From an uncultured Dorea sp. (lineage in GTDB: Bacteria > Bacillota > Clostridia > Lachnospirales > Lachnospiraceae), in assembly GCA_910585725.1 (NCBI GenBank), contig CAJUFA010000010.1:21450-85449 (forward strand): a stretch of 64,000 nucleotides of DNA, read 5' to 3'. A program made the translations under genes and the position numbers. Position 1 is the first letter of the stretch; each line of letters opens with the position of its first letter. The notes under the pieces were generated by a model. The model made no database searches and had not been told where the DNA came from. It worked only from the letters and a program-made list of their open reading frames with translations. Positions 27,438-37,070 of the stretch are shown piece after piece.

Positions 27438-27703
27438 TGTCCTTTTTTTGGGTAGTAATCTATCTGCTCATGCAACGCAGATTTTATCCATACATAGCAT
27501 ATCGGGGATTAGCAGGAAGCCAGTTAAAAAAGTTTCCGTCTACGTCACGCTACTTCTCACCATGAAACCAGAAGTAGAATCTCCACTTAAAAGAAGAAAA
27601 AAATTTTTTATCAACTATCTTTTTAGGGGTTTCAGTTGTTAATATATATAGGCGCGTGAAAAAGAGGAAAAAGATTGATGTACGTCAGGAAGGAGGAGAA
27701 TAA

Positions 27704-28207
27704 GTGAATCCGGACTTTTTACTGGTAGAAAAAATGAAAACGGGAAACAGCAAGGCAGGAGAAGAGTTTATCAAAAAATATTATCCTTCCATATATCAAT
27801 ATTGTATTTTGCATATCCATGACAGAAATTGCGCGGAAGATATGACGCAGGAAACGTTTCTGAGATTTTTTGAAACGATAGATACGTATACAGAAAGGGG
27901 AAAAGTGAAGAACTATTTATACTGTATTGCCGGAAACTGTATCAAGAATTATTTCAAAAAGAAAAAAGAAGTACTTCCGGGAGAGATGAAGGATATACCG
28001 GAAGAATGCGACGGGATGGAGCTTAGGCTGGATATTGAGCGGGCGGTGGACAGTTTGCCGGAGGATTTGAAGGAGATTGCGATTCTATTCTTCTTTCAGG
28101 GGTTGAAGCAGCGTGAGATTGCGGATCTGTTAAATATTAATGTACCGCTGATAAAGTACCGTATTCGGGAAGCAAGAAAGAAATTATCGGAATATTTAGG
28201 GAGGTGA
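27704..28207 (+). CDS. ECF-type RNA polymerase sigma-70 family factor
   Basis: Region 2 (DMTQETFLRFF) and region 4 (LKQREIADLLNINVPLIKYRIREARKKL). GTG start follows GGAGGAG; an internal ATG is also possible. Confidence 0.8.
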   Translation: MNPDFLLVEKMKTGNSKAGEEFIKKYYPSIYQYCILHIHDRNCAEDMTQETFLRFFETIDTYTERGKVKNYLYCIAGNCIKNYFKKKKEVLPGEMKDIPEECDGMELRLDIERAVDSLPEDLKEIAILFFFQGLKQREIADLLNINVPLIKYRIREARKKLSEYLGR

Positions 28208-28957
28208 ATGGACATGAGACAGTATCAAAAACAAATCAAAGAGTATAAGAAACTGATACAGAACGACTATATCAGGGAAGCTTCGGTTCAAGAGGTCATT
28301 GCCCGGTGTGAAACCGCGATGGCAGAGAAGGAAGACGGACGGATCTCATATTTTGAATTCTTGTATGAACAGTCACATTATATTGAGAAAAAATGGTGGG
28401 CGCTTCAGGGCGTCGTACTGCTGTTTCTCTGGTATCTGCTTAAGGATAACGGAATGAACGGAGCTATGGAACGGATGACGGGAGGACTTGCCGCGGTATT
28501 TGCGATTTTGATCATTCCGGAAATATGGAAGAACCGCAGGTATTCTTCTGTCGCCATTGAAAAGGCATCCTATTATTCGCTGCGGCAGATATGCGCCGCA
28601 AGAATCTTACTTTTTGCGGCCGTGGATACGGCTATGGTTACGGTCTTTTTCGCGACGGCGCTGCAGACTATTCAGGTTATGGCATATTGGATGGCGGTGA
28701 ATTTCCTGCTGCCGCTTCTTATGTCCTGCTGTATCTGTTTTAGGTTATTATGCAGCAGGCGGCAGGGAATGGAGTATACGGCCGCAGCTATGTGTATGGT
28801 GTGGAGCGTCGTCTGGCTGACAGTGACGGCAAACAACGCGCTCTACGACAGGATAGCCGTACCGGTATGGTGCGGAGTTATCCTGCTGTTCTTCGGATAT
28901 CTGGTTTTTTGTATTCAGAAATCGCTGTCTAGCAGCGAAATGGTTTGGGAGGCTTAG
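28208..28957 (+). CDS. polytopic membrane protein, putative anti-sigma or transporter accessory factor
   Basis: 249 aa with a soluble N-terminus of ~60 aa followed by 5-6 TM helices. Its start abuts the sigma gene stop. Confidence 0.5.
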   Translation: MDMRQYQKQIKEYKKLIQNDYIREASVQEVIARCETAMAEKEDGRISYFEFLYEQSHYIEKKWWALQGVVLLFLWYLLKDNGMNGAMERMTGGLAAVFAILIIPEIWKNRRYSSVAIEKASYYSLRQICAARILLFAAVDTAMVTVFFATALQTIQVMAYWMAVNFLLPLLMSCCICFRLLCSRRQGMEYTAAAMCMVWSVVWLTVTANNALYDRIAVPVWCGVILLFFGYLVFCIQKSLSSSEMVWEA

Positions 28958-28961
28958 GAAG

Positions 28962-29849
28962 ATGGAATTAAGTTTTAAAAATGTATCAAAAAATTACGGA
29001 GGAATATCTGCGGTTGACGATATCACTTATACTATGGAAAAGGGCGTATACGGACTTCTGGGAGTGAACGGCGCGGGAAAGACCTCGCTGATGAAGATGC
29101 TTTGTACGGTGATACGTCCCACCGCCGGAGAGATCACATGGAACGGGGAGGATATATTCAGACTGAAAGAGAGATATCGGGATCTGCTGGGGTATCTGCC
29201 GCAGGACTTCGGGTATTATCCGAATCTCTCCGTCTCGGATTATATGATGTACATCGCGTCGATCAAGGGTATTCGTCCGGGTGCGGCGAGAAAAAGAATG
29301 AAGGAACTGTTAGAAATGGTCGGGCTGTCAAGATATAAGAACCGCAAGATGAAAGCGCTGTCCGGCGGAATGGCGAGACGTGTCGGAATTGCCCAGGCGA
29401 TGTTGAATAATCCGAAGATCCTGGTGCTGGACGAACCGACGGCAGGACTTGACCCCAGCGAACGGATTCGTTTCCGTAACCTGATCAGCGAGCTTTCAGA
29501 AGATAGATTGGTACTGCTGTCCACTCATATCGTATCAGATGTGGAATTTATCGCGGAGCAGATCTTGTTAATGAAGGACGGAAAATTCTTTTATACCGGG
29601 ACTTCCGAGGATCTGATCGCTTCGATGGGAAAAGACGTCTGGACCTGTACGGTTCCAAGACAAGATGTAAATCAGTATTTGCAGAAGTATCCGGTGGGAA
29701 ATGTAAAGCATGTATCCGGCGGCGCAGAGCTTCGGATTCTCTCCGGGAATCCTCCGACGAAAAACGCAGCGCTGGAAGACGCCACTCTGGAAGACGCGTT
29801 TCTGTTATATTTTGGTGAGAAAGCGGGTGATGAGAATGTTGAGATATGA
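28962..29849 (+). CDS. ABC transporter ATP-binding protein
   Basis: Walker A GVNGAGKTS, signature LSGGMARRV, Walker B LVLDEPTAGLD. Confidence 0.85.
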   Translation: MELSFKNVSKNYGGISAVDDITYTMEKGVYGLLGVNGAGKTSLMKMLCTVIRPTAGEITWNGEDIFRLKERYRDLLGYLPQDFGYYPNLSVSDYMMYIASIKGIRPGAARKRMKELLEMVGLSRYKNRKMKALSGGMARRVGIAQAMLNNPKILVLDEPTAGLDPSERIRFRNLISELSEDRLVLLSTHIVSDVEFIAEQILLMKDGKFFYTGTSEDLIASMGKDVWTCTVPRQDVNQYLQKYPVGNVKHVSGGAELRILSGNPPTKNAALEDATLEDAFLLYFGEKAGDENVEI

Positions 29850-31041
29850 GATAAAGAAGTTCTTTTCAAAGACGGTTAATAGGGCGATACTGATCGTCGT
29901 GATTTTGATCGCGGCAGCGTATAGTTTCCTTGCGGCTGGAAGTATACGTTACACGGATGCCAACGGGGAAAATCCTGACGGAATCGGTAAAATAGCCGCC
30001 GGGCGTAAGCTTGCGGCAGATAAGAATCAATGGAAAGGGGAGTTGACGGCGGAGAGGATTGCCGATGTAGTACAAAGCTATAAGGGGCTTAGGCGGCAGT
30101 ATCAGGGAGAGGTTCCGGATAATGAATACGGGAAAACGGTACAATCTTACTGGGATATTTTAAATTTTACAGCGAATGTGTATACGATGGAACCTAATTT
30201 TTTGCCGGATGTTATAGATCAGATATCTGAAGAAGACGTGAATTATATTTATGACATCTATGGGGATAATCTGCAGAAAGCGGCGGAAGAATACGGAGAA
30301 ACGTCTGAGCAGGAAGAGTTTATAAAAGAGCAGTACGGGAAGTTAGAAATTCCGGTTGAGTATGAGGCGTACGATTCGTGGGAGACCATGCCCATGTATA
30401 TACAGACCTACGTGATCATTTTGGCAGTCGTTATTGGATTTATGGCGGCGGGAATCTTTGACGAGGAGTTCCGCAATCATGCGGAGTTGGTGTTCTTCGC
30501 TGCGAAATACGGACGGTCAAAAGCGATCAGGAATAAAATTGCGGCAGGAATAATCACTGCAACCGCGGTTTACTGGACAGGGGTAGGGATTATGACGTTG
30601 ATTTCATTTGGAATTATGGGGACGAGCGGTTTTCATATGCCATATCAGTTTGAGGATCCCGACAGTGTCTATGCGATGACTCAGGGGCAGAGGTATCTTC
30701 TGATCGTTGTGTGCGGCTACATTGCAAGTCTCCTTTCGGCGTCGGTAACGATGCTGGTAACGGCGAAGATGCGTACCGCGAAAGTGGCGGTTTGTATTCC
30801 GTTTTTCATGTTTTGCGTGATGCTTTTTATTGCACGGTCTCTTTCAGATGTTACCAGAGTCGTCTATTATACGACGGATGTGCTGACCAATGTTCTTCAG
30901 GCCGTGAAGGTTCCGACTCTTTTCCAGATAGGAGATTTTGTAATTCTCCAGATCCCGTTTGTGATGGTACTGTATTCTGCTGTTTCCATAATATTGCTGC
31001 CGTTTATATACAGAAGTTACTCGCGGTATGGATTGCATTAA
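29830..31041 (+). CDS. ABC-2 type transporter permease
   Basis: MRMLRYEIKKFF start overlaps the ATPase 3' end. One N-terminal TM helix, an extracytoplasmic domain and a C-terminal TM bundle. The ORF-track N-terminal extension lies inside the ATPase gene and is rejected. Confidence 0.7.
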   Translation: MRMLRYEIKKFFSKTVNRAILIVVILIAAAYSFLAAGSIRYTDANGENPDGIGKIAAGRKLAADKNQWKGELTAERIADVVQSYKGLRRQYQGEVPDNEYGKTVQSYWDILNFTANVYTMEPNFLPDVIDQISEEDVNYIYDIYGDNLQKAAEEYGETSEQEEFIKEQYGKLEIPVEYEAYDSWETMPMYIQTYVIILAVVIGFMAAGIFDEEFRNHAELVFFAAKYGRSKAIRNKIAAGIITATAVYWTGVGIMTLISFGIMGTSGFHMPYQFEDPDSVYAMTQGQRYLLIVVCGYIASLLSASVTMLVTAKMRTAKVAVCIPFFMFCVMLFIARSLSDVTRVVYYTTDVLTNVLQAVKVPTLFQIGDFVILQIPFVMVLYSAVSIILLPFIYRSYSRYGLH

Positions 31042-31225
31042 CAAAACTATTGATAACTTTACTGTAAATGTAGTACAATATAAAACAGTGCAATAATACA
31101 CTAAGAAACTGTAGAATTATTTCTATACAGTACACCAGTACATCAAGTGCTTATTACTCAAGAATTATATGCAATGATGTACTAGAGCAAGGATATATGA
31201 TCAAAACAGTAAAGGAGAGATTATC

Positions 31226-31603
31226 ATGAAAGTAGTAGCGACAAAGAACGCGCCGGAAGCATTAGGACCTTATTCACAGGGGTATGTGCATAATGGAATC
31301 TTCTATTCTGCAGGACAAGTTCCTATCAATCCGGCAACGGGTGAAGTTGAGGCGGATACCATCGAGGGTCAGGCAGATCAGGTATGCAAGAATTTAGCCG
31401 CCGTTTTAGAAGCGGCGGGAACATCCTTTGACAAAGTCTTAAAGACCACCTGTTTCCTGGCGGATATGGGAGATTTTGCAGCGTTTAATGAGGTGTATGC
31501 AAAGTACTTTACATCTAAGCCTGCAAGAAGCTGTGTGTCGGTAAAGACATTGCCGAAGAATGTAAAGTGTGAAGTAGAACTGATCGCAGTTGTAAATGAG
31601 TAA
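31226..31603 (+). CDS. ridA: RidA/YjgF-family reactive enamine-imine deaminase
   Basis: 125 aa with motifs APEALGPYSQG, AGQVPINPATGE and ARSCVSVKTLPKNVKCEVE. Confidence 0.85.
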   Translation: MKVVATKNAPEALGPYSQGYVHNGIFYSAGQVPINPATGEVEADTIEGQADQVCKNLAAVLEAAGTSFDKVLKTTCFLADMGDFAAFNEVYAKYFTSKPARSCVSVKTLPKNVKCEVELIAVVNE

Positions 31604-31630
31604 GGTGATAGCAGAAAAGAGGTAGGAATT

Positions 31631-32464
31631 ATGGCAGAAGAACAGCAGAACGGCTGCACTTCCTCTGATTGCGCCGGATGCGCGCATGCAGGATCATGCA
31701 GCAGCAAACCGCAGGATTTAAGAGAGCCTGCGAATCCGTTTTCCAAGATTAAGAAGGTTATCGCCGTTGTCAGCGGCAAGGGCGGAGTCGGCAAGTCCAT
31801 GGTGACGGCGTCCCTCGCGAGAATGATGCGGGAGCAGGGATTTTCCGTCGGTATTATGGACGCAGACGTGACGGGACCTTCGATTCCAAAGATGTATGGG
31901 ATTCATGAGAAAGCCCAGGGAGACGAGGCAGGTATCTTCCCATGTGAGGCGAAGGACGGTACGAAGATCATGTCCGTGAACCTGCTCCTTGAGAACGAGT
32001 CTGATCCAGTCATCTGGAGAGGTCCGGTTATCGCAGGCGTGGTTACCCAGTTCTGGACAGACGTTATGTGGGGAGAATTGGACTATCTGTTCGTGGATAT
32101 GCCGCCGGGAACCGGCGATGTACCGCTTACGGTATTCCAGTCTCTGCCAGTGGACGGCGTCGTGATTGTGACTTCTCCGCAGGATCTGGTGCAGATGATC
32201 GTGAAGAAAGCATATAATATGGCAAAGGCTATGAACATCCCGGTACTGGGAGTCGTGGAGAATTACAGTTATCTGGTATGTCCGGACTGCGGAAAGAAGA
32301 TATCCGTATTCGGTAAGAGCTGTATTGACGAAGTGGCAGGAGAGCTGGAACTTCCGATATTAGGAAAGATGCCGATTGACGCGGGGCTTGCGGAGGCAGT
32401 GGAGAACGAGAGATTCTATGAAGTCAGCAATGAGTATCTGCATGCTGCGGTAAATAAAATATAA
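31631..32464 (+). CDS. Mrp/NBP35/ApbC-family Fe-S cluster carrier ATPase
   Basis: Deviant Walker A VVSGKGGVGKS, a CPDCG motif and a Cys-rich N-terminus (CTSSDCAGCAHAGSC). Confidence 0.8.
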   Translation: MAEEQQNGCTSSDCAGCAHAGSCSSKPQDLREPANPFSKIKKVIAVVSGKGGVGKSMVTASLARMMREQGFSVGIMDADVTGPSIPKMYGIHEKAQGDEAGIFPCEAKDGTKIMSVNLLLENESDPVIWRGPVIAGVVTQFWTDVMWGELDYLFVDMPPGTGDVPLTVFQSLPVDGVVIVTSPQDLVQMIVKKAYNMAKAMNIPVLGVVENYSYLVCPDCGKKISVFGKSCIDEVAGELELPILGKMPIDAGLAEAVENERFYEVSNEYLHAAVNKI

Positions 32465-32476
32465 AGTATAATGGAC

Positions 32477-32518
32477 GGCGTAAGCGGCGGAAGAAGCCTG
32501 CTTACGCTATTTGTTTCC
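32477..32518 (+). terminator. putative terminator after mrp
   Basis: GGCGTAAGC ... GCTTACGC stem followed by TATTTGTTT. Confidence 0.5.
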
Positions 32519-32682
32519 GCCTGTAAAGCCGTTATTCCCGCGGACAACGAGCCAGGCGGGCATGTTTGCATGCACATTTGGCGACTGCAGCGGGGGCTTT
32601 GATTTTCATATGAAGATAACTCAAGAAAAGCTTGGAATCTGGGAGGATATAAGGTAAAGTGTAGGTGGAGGTGTTAGTACGC

Positions 32683-33354
32683 ATGTTTAAGATACTGATC
32701 GTAGAGGATGACAGAGTTATCGCCCGGACGCTGGCTTCACATTTGAGTAAATGGGATTATGAGACAAGATGTATAGATGATTTTAAAAATATTTTGGATG
32801 AATTTCTGAGATTCGATCCTCAGTTAGTTCTTCTGGATATTATGCTTCCGTTCTTTAACGGGTTTCACTGGTGCCAGGAGATCAGGAAGGTATCGGAAGT
32901 ACCGATCATCTTCCTGTCTTCCGCCAACGACAATATGAATATCGTCATGGCGATGAATATGGGCGGAGATGAATTCATTGAGAAACCTTTTGATTTGAAT
33001 GTGGTGACGGCGAAAGTGCAGGCAATGTTAAGACGGTCATACGCTTTCCAGGGAGCGATGAACGTGATGGAATATCACGGCGCCGTCCTGAACCTAAGTG
33101 ATGCGACGCTGACGAATGAGGGGCAGAAGCTGGAGCTTACGAAGAATGAATTCCGTATCCTGCAGATTTTGCTGGAGAATGCAGGCAGGATCGTATCCAG
33201 GGACAGTATTATCACAAGACTTTGGGAAAGCGACGAGTTTATCGATGATAATACTTTGACAGTGAATATCGCAAGATTACGGAAGAAACTGGAACAGATC
33301 GGACTTGCCCGGATGATCCGGACGAAGAAGGGAATCGGATATATGGTGGAGTAG
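32683..33354 (+). CDS. OmpR-family response regulator, BceR-like
   Basis: Receiver domain (ILIVEDD, LVLLDIMLP) plus a winged-helix C-terminus (LTKNEFRILQIL...RTKKGIGY). Paired with a BceS-type kinase. Confidence 0.8.
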   Translation: MFKILIVEDDRVIARTLASHLSKWDYETRCIDDFKNILDEFLRFDPQLVLLDIMLPFFNGFHWCQEIRKVSEVPIIFLSSANDNMNIVMAMNMGGDEFIEKPFDLNVVTAKVQAMLRRSYAFQGAMNVMEYHGAVLNLSDATLTNEGQKLELTKNEFRILQILLENAGRIVSRDSIITRLWESDEFIDDNTLTVNIARLRKKLEQIGLARMIRTKKGIGYMVE

Positions 33355-33407
33355 TAGCCGCATTATATCCGGCGGGAAGAGAATTCAGGAATGGGGATAC
33401 GGACGAG

Positions 33408-34541
33408 ATGGACACAAGAGTAACGATTGCTTTTTTGAAAGAGAGAAGGAGAGAGATTTGCTTTTCCGTCGTATTTGCGGGAATCTTTGCAGCAGTATCT
33501 TATCTCTATAATATCCGTAGGGACGCAGTAGAATATGCTTTCTTGCTGGCGGCAGTCTGGTTGCTGTTGTCTGGCGCGGCGGATTACCTGAAGTATGTAA
33601 GAAAGCATAGGAATCTTGCGGAAGCGGAGAAGAATCTTGCGGCGGGGATTGCAGGGATTCCGGAGGCGGATACCCTTCTGGAGAAGGATTACCAGAGAAT
33701 CCTGTCAAGATTATACGAGATGAAGATTGAGACGGAATCAACAGGGCGGATTGTGAGACAGGAGATGATAGACTATTATGGGATGTGGGTGCATCAGATT
33801 AAGACGCCTATTTCAGCCATGCATGTTCTGATTCAGACGCTGGAAGGGATGCAGGTTACGGCATATGATTCCGAGGAAATTGGGGATACCTCAAGCTTAA
33901 GCGGAGCCGAGCATTATATAAAGGGTATGAAGTTGGAACTATTTAAGATCGAGCAGTATGTGGAAATGGCGCTTACGTATCTGAGGATGGAGGATATGTC
34001 CTCAGATCTGTCTTTTAAGCTCCGTTCACTGGACGTTATGATCAGGCAGGCGGTGCGCAAGTATTCCCAGATGTTTATATTAAAGAAGATCAAGCTTGAG
34101 TATGCGCCTGTGGAGACAGATGTATTGACAGACGAGAAATGGCTGGTATTTGTACTGGAACAGATCTTATCAAACGCATTAAAGTATACTAAGAATAGTG
34201 GGGAGCGCGGGAGGATTTCCATCTATATGGAGGACGGCGTATACGTGGAACAGGAAAATAATCCGGAGATAAATAGTATGAATAGTTCGGAGGAGACGGA
34301 GCGCTGCCTCGTGGTAGAAGATAACGGGATCGGGATCTCGCCGGAAGACCTTCCCCGGGTATTCGAAAAAGGATTCACGGGATATAACGGACGCACGGAT
34401 AAGAAATCTACGGGAATCGGATTATATCTGTGCAAGTCTGTGATGGATAAGCTGCGTCATCAGATCTGGATTGAATCTGAAGTCGGAAAGGGTACGAAGG
34501 TGTATTTATCCCTTACGCGGAAGGCGATGCGGCATGAATAA
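33408..34541 (+). CDS. intramembrane-sensing histidine kinase, BceS-like
   Basis: Two N-terminal TM helices with a minimal loop. H-box WVHQIKTPISAM, N box LSNALKYT and G boxes DNGIGI and GIGLYL. Confidence 0.8.
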   Translation: MDTRVTIAFLKERRREICFSVVFAGIFAAVSYLYNIRRDAVEYAFLLAAVWLLLSGAADYLKYVRKHRNLAEAEKNLAAGIAGIPEADTLLEKDYQRILSRLYEMKIETESTGRIVRQEMIDYYGMWVHQIKTPISAMHVLIQTLEGMQVTAYDSEEIGDTSSLSGAEHYIKGMKLELFKIEQYVEMALTYLRMEDMSSDLSFKLRSLDVMIRQAVRKYSQMFILKKIKLEYAPVETDVLTDEKWLVFVLEQILSNALKYTKNSGERGRISIYMEDGVYVEQENNPEINSMNSSEETERCLVVEDNGIGISPEDLPRVFEKGFTGYNGRTDKKSTGIGLYLCKSVMDKLRHQIWIESEVGKGTKVYLSLTRKAMRHE

Positions 34542-34642
34542 GTTCAATTATTGATTGTTCCTGTAATAACTTCGCAATAACTGCAAGGTATGATAAACCT
34601 GCAATCTAAAACAGGGTTTTGACAGAGAAGGGAGCGAAGATT

Positions 34643-35224
34643 ATGAACAAAACATGGAAGAGATTCAGAGTGATATTGACAGCGGCGGGGATGGCAATCT
34701 GCATGACGGCGGGACTGGGAATGGGAATCTACTGGTCCAGAGGACAGGCAGAGAAGACGGCGGTAGCGGCGGCAGCAAGGGAAATGGAATTCGAGTCCGG
34801 GGAGCCGGAAGAGATTGGCAGAGTATATCAGCCGCGAGCCGGTGAAGACAGTCTCTATAAGGATATTGTTTTAGACGAAGAGGTTGCAAAAGAGGTTTGT
34901 GATAGGTATAATCTTGATTATGACACGGTGAAGAGTAAGGATGTGACCCGTGAGATGCGCAATTATGAGGAGGCTCTGTGGCTGATCAAGGATATGGGAG
35001 ACTGCCCGCTCCTGGGACAGGAGTGGGGAAAAGGAGCGTTCGCTTCGCTGCAGATGTATATCCAGGAGATTTATGCCTTTGGCGACGGGGAAGAAGTCGT
35101 AAGAGAGATGTGTAAGGAATACGGGATCGACCCGGATAAGGCGGTGATTTCAGATTTGACGACAGAGCAGTTGATAGAAGTCGGAGAGAAGGCTTTCGAG
35201 ACATCCGATCATCCAAAGGGGTAA
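34643..35224 (+). CDS. membrane-anchored or secreted hypothetical protein
   Basis: ATG follows GAAGGGAG. N-terminal hydrophobic anchor ILTAAGMAICMTAGLGMGIYW, then an acidic soluble domain. No recognisable family. Confidence 0.55.
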   Translation: MNKTWKRFRVILTAAGMAICMTAGLGMGIYWSRGQAEKTAVAAAAREMEFESGEPEEIGRVYQPRAGEDSLYKDIVLDEEVAKEVCDRYNLDYDTVKSKDVTREMRNYEEALWLIKDMGDCPLLGQEWGKGAFASLQMYIQEIYAFGDGEEVVREMCKEYGIDPDKAVISDLTTEQLIEVGEKAFETSDHPKG

Positions 35225-35230
35225 GGAATT

Positions 35231-35896
35231 GTGGCGGATATATTGATCGTAGAGGATGACAGGAGAATTAACGAACTCATCCGAAGAACTCTAACTATGA
35301 CAGGACATATAGGGCTTCCGGCTTATTCCGGCCGGGAAGCCCTGTCTGTGCTGGAAGAGAAACGGATCGATCTGATCCTGTTGGATATCGGTCTGCCGGA
35401 TATGGACGGCTTCGCATTGATGCGGCAGATTGCCAGGGAATTTAACGGGATTCCGGTGATCTGTGTGACTGCAAGAGACGAGGTTCCGGATCGGGTGAAG
35501 GGGTTAAAAGGCGGCGCGGAAGATTATATCGTGAAGCCTTTTGCCGTGGAAGAATTGCTTGCGAGAGTTCAGGTGGTGCTCAGGCGGTTTCATAAGGAAC
35601 AAAGTATCTTCCATATTCATGACGTAGAGGTGGACCTGGCGGGCGCTGACGTGAAGAAAGAAGGGAAACATGTAGACCTCACTAAGCAGGAGTACGAACT
35701 CCTTAAGGTTCTGCTTCTGAATAAGAATATCGCGCTTTCCAGGGAACGTCTTCTGGAGCTTGCCTGGGGGATGGATTTCTATGGGGATGACCGTACTGTG
35801 GATGTGCATATTAGGAGACTTCGACAGAAGCTCGGTTTAGAGAATGAGATCAAGACTATATTCCGATATGGATACCGGTTAGAGTTGGAGAGATAA
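35231..35896 (+). CDS. OmpR-family response regulator
   Basis: GTG start. Motifs ILIVEDD, LILLDIGLPDMDG and DVHIRRLRQKL. Confidence 0.8.
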   Translation: MADILIVEDDRRINELIRRTLTMTGHIGLPAYSGREALSVLEEKRIDLILLDIGLPDMDGFALMRQIAREFNGIPVICVTARDEVPDRVKGLKGGAEDYIVKPFAVEELLARVQVVLRRFHKEQSIFHIHDVEVDLAGADVKKEGKHVDLTKQEYELLKVLLLNKNIALSRERLLELAWGMDFYGDDRTVDVHIRRLRQKLGLENEIKTIFRYGYRLELER

Positions 35897-35897
35897 G

Positions 35898-37055
35898 ATG
35901 CAGTTATGGAAGAAGAATTTTCTGGTAATTTATGGCATATTCCTTGTAGTTGTCAATGCAGGACTCTTTCTTTTGGATAATTATATTTCAAGGAATGAGG
36001 CGAGTCTGTGGATCGATCAGGCACAAAAAAGCGAGAGAAGTATCTATTATCTGGCCGCCGGGCTTAAGGAGGAAGAGATTAGTCGGATGTCCATGAATCT
36101 GAACGATGCGGCCGAAAGATACGAAGAATCAGGTATACTTATCCGAGTGCGCGTCAACGAATATATTGCGGCGGACCATTTTCCCATAGAACAGACGCCG
36201 GAAGAGGTATTGGAAGGGCCGTTGATTGAGGTCCGAAGGATCAGGGGAGAACGCTGGCTGGTTATTCAGGAGGCGGGAAGAGAAGGGGAAGATTTGATTG
36301 TGGTAGAGTATGCGCAGGAGTTGGAGGGTCTGTCGCGGATTCAGACGATAAGAATGTGGATATTCTGCGGAGCGGGATTGGTATTTTCAGGAATCATGGG
36401 ATTATTCCTATATTATACCATGCGGCGGATCAACCGACCGATAAACCAGATTGCTCATGAGCTTCGGACGCCTCTCACCGGAATCCGTGGTTATGCGGAA
36501 TATATGATGATGGGGAAGCTTTCGGAAGAAGATCAGTTTTTTGCCGCCGGTCAGATCGTGGAGAGCGCGAAGCATCTGGAGGACGTTACGGAGAAGCTGT
36601 TGATCATGGGAAATGTACGGGAAGGTGCGATTCGGATTGAAAGAATGGATATTGGGCAGATGTTTCTCAAAATAGAAGAAAAATATCCGATTGTCGAGAC
36701 CGACTGTGGGTTAGAATTTCTGAACGGAGATAAAGCGTTAGTATTCTGCCTGCTTGACAACCTGACAGCCAATGCGGTCAGAGCCGGAAACAGAGTCAGA
36801 ATCACGGCAAGCGAAGAAGGAATTCGTATCTGGAATAACGGGGAACCTATGGATGAGAAAATATTAAAGGATATCAATAGGGGGCAGGATCTGTCCGCGA
36901 GCCGTATGGGGAGGCATGGATACGGCATCCAGGTATGCCGGGAGATTGCCAAAGCACATGGATGGAAGCTTCGGTTTCGGTCGTCCAAAGAAGAAGGGAC
37001 AGAAGTCTTTTGCCAGATTACCCCGGATATCAGAACCAATAATTTTAATGTATAG
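35898..37055 (+). CDS. sensor histidine kinase (two TM helices flanking a ~130-aa extracytoplasmic loop)
   Basis: H-box IAHELRTPLTGIRGY, N box LTANAVRA and G-box region HGYGIQVCREIA. The last ~15 codons switch to AT-rich sequence. Confidence 0.8.
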   Translation: MQLWKKNFLVIYGIFLVVVNAGLFLLDNYISRNEASLWIDQAQKSERSIYYLAAGLKEEEISRMSMNLNDAAERYEESGILIRVRVNEYIAADHFPIEQTPEEVLEGPLIEVRRIRGERWLVIQEAGREGEDLIVVEYAQELEGLSRIQTIRMWIFCGAGLVFSGIMGLFLYYTMRRINRPINQIAHELRTPLTGIRGYAEYMMMGKLSEEDQFFAAGQIVESAKHLEDVTEKLLIMGNVREGAIRIERMDIGQMFLKIEEKYPIVETDCGLEFLNGDKALVFCLLDNLTANAVRAGNRVRITASEEGIRIWNNGEPMDEKILKDINRGQDLSASRMGRHGYGIQVCREIAKAHGWKLRFRSSKEEGTEVFCQITPDIRTNNFNV

Positions 37056-37070
37056 CAGAGGAGAAGTTGA

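Noticed and set aside
27448-27642. 64-aa ORF in the non-coding gap upstream of the ECF sigma gene.
   Set aside because: It has no SD and uses a TTG-type start in the ORF track. It has no recognisable family and begins inside a terminator T-tract.
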